DNA of 64,000 nucleotides, from positions 66,712,001 to 66,776,000 of the forward strand of contig OX597826.1 of the NCBI GenBank assembly GCA_951406725.2, in the 5' to 3' direction. The stretch comes from Octopus vulgaris. Taxonomy: Eukaryota. Within the stretch, counting starts at the first letter, position 1; the number at the start of each line of letters is the position of its first letter. Below the pieces are notes generated by a model, which was given only the letters and a program-made list of their open reading frames with translations, did not search any database and had not been told where the DNA came from. This document shows positions 55,907 to 64,000 of this stretch, piece by piece. The translations under genes were made by a program, and so were the position numbers.

Positions 55907-56535
55907 TGGCTGCCCCCCTCGTTATCGAGTATGGCCATTGCACGAAGCTTAACTGATACTGGTGCTGTGATCGAATGTGACTTTTTAGCCCAGCTAAAGA
56001 TCTATAATGTCTTGTACAAAATTGGCAACTAAAACCTTTACTGGTAATAGCCGACTGTAGTTGTAACTGGGCTTCATGTCGTTTAAGTCCTCCTGCCGAA
56101 TTACACTCTCTTCCACATGCCCGACAGATATGATTAGTGTAGTGTGTCACACCACCACCAGTGGCCAGGTTGTCATTCATCTGTCTCGTTTTATGACTAC
56201 GAAGATGACTCATGAGTCCAGCTTAACTGAGGCAGGGTCTTGCACAAACATTGCATATCAGAATCAAAGGAAGACCCTTCCCTTCTGGAAGTGTAACAGC
56301 GATGCCCTTCCTGACATCCCTCCTTACTTTCTCATGTGCAACTCGAGATTTCTCAAACGTGGCTGTCCCCTCATGCACAATCCTTCTCCACCTGCTACGA
56401 TCAATAGCTATGCCTTCCCATGTGTCAGGAGAGATGCAAGCATCTCTTAAGGAAGCCTTCAGCAAGTCCTTATACCTCTTTTTTGGTTTATGTGGAGGTC
56501 GTTCTCCTTTAGCTAACTCTCCATAAAAGAGTTTA
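55907..56535 (-). mobile_element. 5'-truncated RTE-clade LINE with three C-terminal C2H2-like fingers
   Basis: KLFYGELAKGERPPHKPKKRYKDLLK..WE.IA.DRSRWR is the typical RTE post-RT segment; one in-frame stop (56223-56225); fingers CNVC..HLRSH, CRAC..LKRH, CQFC..HIRSQH; (TAA)n tail. Confidence 0.9.
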
Positions 56536-58431
56536 TATATATCTATATAAACACACACACAATTCCATACATGTGTAAATATATGTATAAATATATATGG
56601 GTATTTTCAAGATTAGATAACAAGAAAACAACAAACGGAAAACTTGATGTGTAGTAAATAAACATACGAACATATACTAAATACATAGGTGAACAGAAAA
56701 CAGAGAAGGTCACAAACTCCTCATTAGTTATCGGCCAGATGGTCAAACACAGTTTCGGCTATTATTTGTATATGGTGGTGGTGGTGGTGGCGGGGCTTAT
56801 GTCTGTGTTTGTTCCCATCCGTCGCTTGATTACTAGTTTTGGTAGGTTTATATTCCCCGTAACGTTCAGCAAAAGAGACCGATAGTATAAGTATCAGGTA
56901 TAGATATAGGGCAAAGAATTATTAATTTGATAATTAATAAATTTTACCAAGTAGTTTCGGTATGGAAAAAAACCATTATCGTTAAAAACTTGTATAAAAA
57001 GTATTTTTTTAATATAATTACAGATATAATTTAGGTTTTAGCAACAAGTTGTTTCACCACATACCGAAAATTTAAAATAGCTGTCAACGACAGCTAGTTC
57101 TTTTAACTACAAAATATGACTGCACAGACAACAATATTTGTAACTCACATAGGCGAAAAGAAGAAAAATAACGAAATAAAACAGTCTACGATTAATTATG
57201 GACGCATTTCTGGATTAAAATTAAAAGAATTCATTAAAAGAATCGAAACCACGAACTTGTGATTGTGAGTACATCATTCAAACCACTTTTCCACGCAGCT
57301 TCCCTTTATATACATACCTATATGTGCGTGTGTATGAACGCATATTATATGTATGTGTGTGTGTGTATGTATGTGTATGTATCCACATATGTATTTCCAT
57401 ACGTTTGCATTGCCTAAGCATCTGTAGATATATTCTGGAGAACAATATGATATCAGTCATTGAGTCGCTGTCTCCCTCTCTTCATTACAACTAATTTTAA
57501 TTAATTGAAATATTTTTCTCATTAGGTTAAGTACTACATCATTAAGAGGCAGCCACTCGACTATTGTGTTACATATGAATGGCGTCCGCCTCACTCATTG
57601 TGGACCACGTAATTTGTATATTCAAGGAAAATGGCTTCCATAAGCTTCCTGCGTCGCCGTTCTCTAATATTAGGGTAAGTTTATTATTATTATTATTATT
57701 ATTTTGTTTCTCTTGTCTAACGCCTAAATTTGTCCCGATTGACCCGATCTAAACACAAAAGTACCTTAGAAGTAACCGTCATCTACGAATAGTGCATTGT
57801 GGACTACACGATCAAATGTTAAATGCTAGGAAGGACTTGGTATTTCGTTTTGCGACCATAATATGCTAGCAAGTATAATAAGGGTTTACAACTCAATATT
57901 GTGTCGTACTTTTTGTGTTAGCAGTGCGATATTTTTACTTTTAGCTTTTATGCCTATAGATTTTCTATAGAGTTCAGAGCCAGCATGCAAATTATGACGT
58001 TTCGTATTCGTATACGAAACGTTGTAACTTGCAGTGCCGGTTTTGAATTTTCTAAAAAATCTTTAAGGATAAAATAGAAAAAGTTAACCCGTGTCCATCC
58101 TGTTTCTAAGAGCAAAATGACCGTAGAGCGTGATTTGGAGGCGATTTGGTTTTTCTTTCTAACAGGTCGAGTGTCCATGTAGAAGTTCTTCTGTTTGTTG
58201 GTCCTATTGTTTTCCTTACCAAGAATTTAGTTGCATGCTTTTGAAAAAAGACTATAAATAAATGAATACATAAATATAAAAGGGTTACAGTGTATGTGGG
58301 TGCCCCCATCTTTGCAGACATATATTTGTTGAAGAATTAACGTGGATGTCTTTGCAGAAGGCTTGTTTTATTACTTCGACGTGTACATTAAATTAATTTT
58401 TTTCAGTTTTTCCTTCTACATCACTTTTCAA

Positions 58432-58522
58432 TTTTTGTAATAATGGTTTCGAATTTTGGCACAAGGCCAGCAATCATTTTGTACTGGCCTTGTGCGAAAA
58501 TTCGAAACCATTATTACAAAAA
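58432..58522. repeat. 39-bp-arm inverted repeat formed from the SINE A tail
   Basis: Arms 58432-58470 and 58484-58522, one mismatch, 13-nt loop. Confidence 0.92.
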
Positions 58523-58559
58523 GTGATTAAGTCCCTTGAGAATGATTCCGCTAATTTTG

Positions 58560-58947
58560 TAGTGGAATTGAAAGGAGCTCATATGGCCAGTTTGATAAAG
58601 AAATATCAGTTCCATATAAATGAAAACTATAAGAGAAAATAAATGCTGTAATAAGGGTATTTTTTAACACTAAATTTAAGTATAACATGGAGACGTTTAC
58701 TCAAAGTAGAGTGAAGCGCATTGTGAAGAACGAGTTGAATGGGACTTCCAGTTTCACTAAACAGCTTGTTCAGCAAGTGAAGGAACTGGAGTAAAGATTA
58801 TTTGCCAACATAACATGGCAGCCCTGGTTTAGGACGAATGTTGCTGTAATTTAGCCCCAGGAGACATCGTCTCCAGCTGGCTGTACGACACGATCTGTGT
58901 CCTTATACTTTTGAACAAGGGAATCTAGCACCCACACTCAGCTCAAG
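58560..58947 (+). mobile_element. Probable LINE 3' end (ORF end ...QQVKELE* plus 3'UTR) before a TACA-like tract
   Basis: Complex A-rich coding-like stretch, stop ~58793, GC-richer UTR, then microsatellite; family not recognised. Confidence 0.35.
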
Positions 58948-59141
58948 TAGCTTGCTTACCAAATATACATACATATATACATACATTCGTACATACATAT
59001 AAGTCATGTTCTATGTACTCGTGCTTCGTACTTTTTTCTTGTACACGTTTCATGGCTTTCTGTGCCCACATATGCATATATATACGCATATATATACGTA
59101 TGTATCAGCGTGAGACAGAGTGTGACAAGGCGCGACACAGA

Positions 59142-59162
59142 GTAAGTAGCTTGCTTACCAAC

Positions 59163-59194
<32 letters not shown>

Positions 59195-59637
59195 CATACA
59201 CATATATATATGTACCAGAGTAAGGACGCAAATGCGAGGCAAGGTGGAAAAAATAATACTTGAGTACCAGAGGTAGAGTAATATGCCTTATTAAAAAGCA
59301 GCAAAAATTGTTACTAAGAGTTTCACTTTCCGACGAGCGGGAACGTGAAACTCCGAGTAACAGTTTTCGTGATACTTTTGCTGCTTTTTGATAAAGTATA
59401 TATATATATGTGTATGTATGTATAGGTTTGTGTGTTTGTGTTTGCTCCCTTACCATTGCTTAACAACCGATGTTGGCGTGTTTACGTTCCCGTAACTTAG
59501 CGGTTCGGCAAAAGAGACCGATAGAATAAGTACTTGGCTTACAAAGAATAAGTCCTGGGTTCGATTTGCTCGACTAAAGGAGGTGCTCCAGCATGGCCAC
59601 AGTCAAATGACTGAAACAAGTAAAAGAGTAAAAGAGA
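59142..59637 (+). mobile_element. SINE family C (head fragment plus 3' half) whose internal (TA)n holds an inverted Penelope-like remnant (59212-59397)
   Basis: 3' half matches the 37421 copy; insert has inverted arms aaaaagcagcaaaa / ttttgctgcttttt and core CCGACGA-gcg(ggaa)cgt-GAAA-ctc-c-gaGTA at 59330-59359. Confidence 0.8.
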
Positions 59638-60345
59638 TGGAAACTAAACGATAATAGAAGCTATCACACATTACCAGCTTCTTCCAAGCCTACCCCTCTG
59701 GGAACGTCTGACCCCTCCGATTCCATATCTACAAACATTTTTCTGGTTTTCATGCAGGTTTTCGAGATCAACAGCTGATTCCTCCGGAACAAATCGTTAA
59801 ATATAGAAACAAAAAAACAAAGAAAAAACAACACAAATAAAAAGTATCAATAACACCAACAACAACAACAACAACAATAACTATAATGGTAACGATAGCA
59901 ACAACGGCAACAACAATGACAGCAGCTAACGCCCGTATCGCACCAGCAACAACAAGAGCAACACCGTGAACCAACAGCTGTATCACAACAACGTTACAAA
60001 CAACAACACTATGATCAGAGCCACTCACAACAGCACCTACAATAACAACACCACCACCACCACCACCACCACCAACAACAACAACTACTACTACTCACTG
60101 ACTGACACAAAACACACCAGTTAATCCGCGGCAGCACCATCATCATCACCATCAGAATTACTGACAACCATTATTAAGAGCTAAACCATAAAATTGTTAA
60201 CCTAACAACAAAAATATAAATACATCATACAAACGCACGCACACAAACACACACACACATACACACACGTACACACATATATAATACACACGCATGTATA
60301 TTTACATATATATATATATATAGGTGTAGGTACATACATACATAC

Positions 60346-60377
<32 letters not shown>

Positions 60378-60455
60378 ATATATATGTATGTATATATATA
60401 TATATATATATGTATATAAGCAGATATATACATATACATACATGTAGATAAATGT

Positions 60456-60486
<31 letters not shown>

Positions 60487-61028
60487 CATATATACATATA
60501 TGTAGATAAATGTATATATATGTATATGTACACATATTCATATACATACATATATATCTATACACACATATATAAGTATAGACATTCATATACATACATA
60601 TAAAAATGTGTGTATATGTATATGTATATATGTACATATATATACACACACACACATATATATAGTAACAATAGTACCATATGTACATCGCCTCTGTAGT
60701 CACCAATGCGGCTACCAACACCAACAATAACGGTAAAAAAAACACCAACAACAAAATAGCAACAACAACAATGCTTGCAACATCAACAACAATAATTTGG
60801 GAGAGGGGGGGGGCGGGAAACAGCAAAACAAAAATAAAAACACATCTATGTATTAATACACCTGGTGCGTCGATGAAATATATTGGAATCGATACGCCAT
60901 AGGATAGAGTAAGGAGTGAGAAATGGCGAGTGGCGCGTGTGGTGGTGTTCATCTTTCATCTTTCAAGGGTAACAGAAATTCGTGAATAAATAAAACCGTA
61001 GCCAATATATAATGATTATAAATGTATG

Positions 61029-61108
<80 letters not shown>

Positions 61109-61269
61109 CACATACACACAAACTCGAACACACATAGATGTATGTTTATATATATATATATGTTTGTCGTTTCTCACTTTCGGATATCACCCTCTCTTTC
61201 TCGATCTCTCTCTTTCCTACCTTCCCTCCAATTTCTCTCTATAACGACGTTTGACAGCTTCGCCGTCAA

Positions 61270-61333
<64 letters not shown>

Positions 61334-61793
61334 TTTTATATCTATATAGATACACACACAAACACACATACACGCAGGCATACACTCACACGCATATATA
61401 CAGACGTACACAAAAATCTATATGAAAATATGTAAATATTTCACAAAAGATCAGTCAATGCGCTGGACTTAATTATTTGTGTCGTGTGAACGACGAAGAG
61501 TATGGTGGGGGAGCGTTGATGTATGTTGGTATGAATAACCTTTGTGTGTGTATGTGTATGTGTGCGCGTGTGTGCATATGTGTGTGTGTGGTTAGGGTTG
61601 GGTGTAATTAATTAGCTATGCCAATCGTCGAAAATTTATATATACATAAATGTATTCACACACACACACACATATATACGTACATATATGCATACATAAA
61701 TACACACACACAAATATGTATCTATATACGAGTCGATAATATATATACATATATATATATACATACATATATATATATATAAATATATATATA

Positions 61794-61834
<41 letters not shown>

Positions 61835-62153
61835 GTACATATATATATATTTATATTCATGTGTATAGCATATATTTTCTCAGCTTCAAATCTATATCAA
61901 TATATTCAGTACATTTGTGTGCACCGTCTTTCTGTCACTCTTTCTTCCACCACCTCTCTCACTGTACATCTGTTTGTATCTATAGAAAGAAAGCGTTGAC
62001 AGACGAAAAAGTTTAAATATTCCCGCCACAGGTCTTTTACAACGGCGAGTTATTATCACCAACCACCCCCGCACAATCATAAAAGATATTATTAATCAGA
62101 TATATGTTGTTAATTTATATATATGTGTGTGTATATAAATATATATATATAAA

Positions 62154-62216
<63 letters not shown>

Positions 62217-62325
62217 TATGTTTATATATATAAAGTATATATATATATACATATGTGTGTGTGTGTGAAGACGTATATATATTGCGTATATATATACAAA
62301 TTTAATGCGTATGTATGTATGTATG

Positions 62326-62388
<63 letters not shown>

Positions 62389-62394
62389 ATATAT

Positions 62395-62625
62395 TGTGTG
62401 CATATGTGTCGGATTCAGTTGAAAATATGATGCACACCTATGTTAAAAGTTTTAGCGAGTTTGCAAGGCAACTTTGAGTATGCTCAATTGAAATGCATGG
62501 ACCCTAGGGCAAAATTACTCATCTTTTAAAATGTCGCCCTCGTAGACCAGAAAGAAATCGTGTTATAATACCTCAACAAGTAAAACAATAATAAACTATT
62601 TTAATCCCGAGCAAGGCCGGGTATA
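62395..62625 (+). mobile_element. Possible non-autonomous Helitron remnant
   Basis: Ends in cccgagcaaggccggg, resembling the Helitron 3' hairpin; the terminal CTAG is absent. Confidence 0.3.
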
Positions 62626-62996
62626 TATGTCAAATCTATAAAATGAAGAAGGCGAACGTTGATACAAATTGGATTTTTATCTAAAAAGGGGTCTAAATTG
62701 GGCTGGAAGGAGATTAAAATGTACAGGAAGGGGTAACTTGAGGTGAGAAATTGATTGGGAGACGTTTCGGGGCGCTACATATGTTGCTTTAGTGCGAAAA
62801 CGGGAATTTTATTGATTTTTGCGGACACTTGGGAGTATAGATTGGACACATTTTGCCCGATTTCAATCTAATTTTTAACATAGAATAGTTGTAGCGGATT
62901 TGTAATTTAAGCGCGGAAATCTAATTTTTTTATAACTGGGAGAGACATAGATAACGATAGAGAGTAAGGGAAAGCTAGGGAGAGTCCGAGAGGACA

Positions 62997-63579
62997 GCTA
63001 AGTTATTTTTATCATACCGCTAAGTCATTTTATCGATCTCGTTTGGGGAACCGCTACGTCATTTTATCGATCTCGTTTGGCGAACCGCTACGTCATTTTA
63101 TCGATCTCGTCGCCGAACCGCTAAGTCATTTCATCGATCACGTTTGGCGAACCGCTATGTTATTTTATCGAAATTGTTTGAAGAACCGCTAAGTTATTTT
63201 ATCGATCTAGTTTGCCGAACTGCTAAGTCATTTTATCGATAACTTTTGCCGAACCGCTATGTCATTTTATCGATCGCGTGTGGCGAACTGCTAAGTCATT
63301 TTATTGATATTGTCCGACGAACCGCTATGTCATATCAATCTAGTATGAAGAACCGCTAAGTTATTTTATCGTTATCGTTTACCGAACCACTATGTTATTT
63401 CATCGATCTCGTTTGGTGAACCGCTAATGCATTTTATCGATATCGTTTGGCGAACCGCTAATGCATTTTATCCATCTCGTTTGGCGAACCGCTAAGTCAT
63501 TTTATCGATATCGTTTGGCGAACCGCTATGTTATATAATCAATATTGCTTGTCGAACCACTAGGTCATTTTATCGATAT
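62997..63579. repeat. 34-bp minisatellite (cattttatcgatctcgtttggcgaaccgctaagt), ~17 copies, derived from SINE family C
   Basis: Unit aligns 30/34 to the SINE C segment ttattctatcggtctcttttgccgaaccgctaag (e.g. near 25910-25943). Confidence 0.93.
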
Positions 63580-63686
63580 ATGTAATATGATATATTTATA
63601 TGTACATGTATTTATGCATACATATATGCATAAATATATTAAACATATATTACTATATTATGTTTATGTATATGTGTGTGTGTATG

Positions 63687-63731
<45 letters not shown>

Positions 63732-64000
63732 TGCACGCATAACAATACAACAATAGTATTGAATATAATCTTTTCTGCTTGTGTCTGTGTTGTAGTGGTT
63801 CGTCTGTATGCGCGCTTATTTCTTTCTTATCGAGTATGAGAATTTGATTCTTTCTCCGTATTTTCTTTTACCGTATTGACGTTATGCAGTCCGCCTAAAT
63901 ACTTCATTATTTACACGAGGTTTTGCTGAGCATTTTTACAGGAAAAATAAACTCGATATGACTAATTATGTGTTACATTTATGTCTTTTTATTAATTATT

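Noticed and set aside
55707-56558. Host C2H2 zinc-finger gene
   Set aside because: Fingers are in frame with an RTE post-RT segment, 5'-truncated, contain a stop and end in a microsatellite tail.
62997-63579. CRISPR-sized 34-bp repeats
   Set aside because: Units are contiguous without unique spacers and derive from a SINE.

Overview
AT-rich, extremely microsatellite-dense eukaryotic DNA with no recognisable intact host protein-coding gene. The repeat content (tRNA-derived SINEs, RTE, R4/Dong, Tx1 and Penelope-like remnants among (TA)n, (CA)n, (TACA)n, (TATC)n, (TAA)n, (CCA)n and (GAA)n tracts) is most consistent with an intron or intergenic region of an Octopus genome; this is recognition, not a database result. 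Nearly all ORFs in the track are simple-repeat translations. Real coding signal is limited to decayed transposon fragments: a hAT transposase, several RLE-type retrotransposon ends, a Tx1-like end, RTE pieces with tandem C2H2 fingers and Penelope-like RT relics. Main observations: (1) a dispersed set of minimal type-I hammerhead ribozyme motifs with co-varying stem I, often in inverted pairs or inside (TA)n; (2) retrotransposons apparently partitioned by target microsatellite (TAA, TACA, TATC); (3) a 34-bp minisatellite derived from a SINE segment; (4) a minisatellite built from overlapping STAT- and Rel/NFAT-like motifs; (5) combinatorial body/tail shuffling among SINEs; (6) long near-perfect hairpins.
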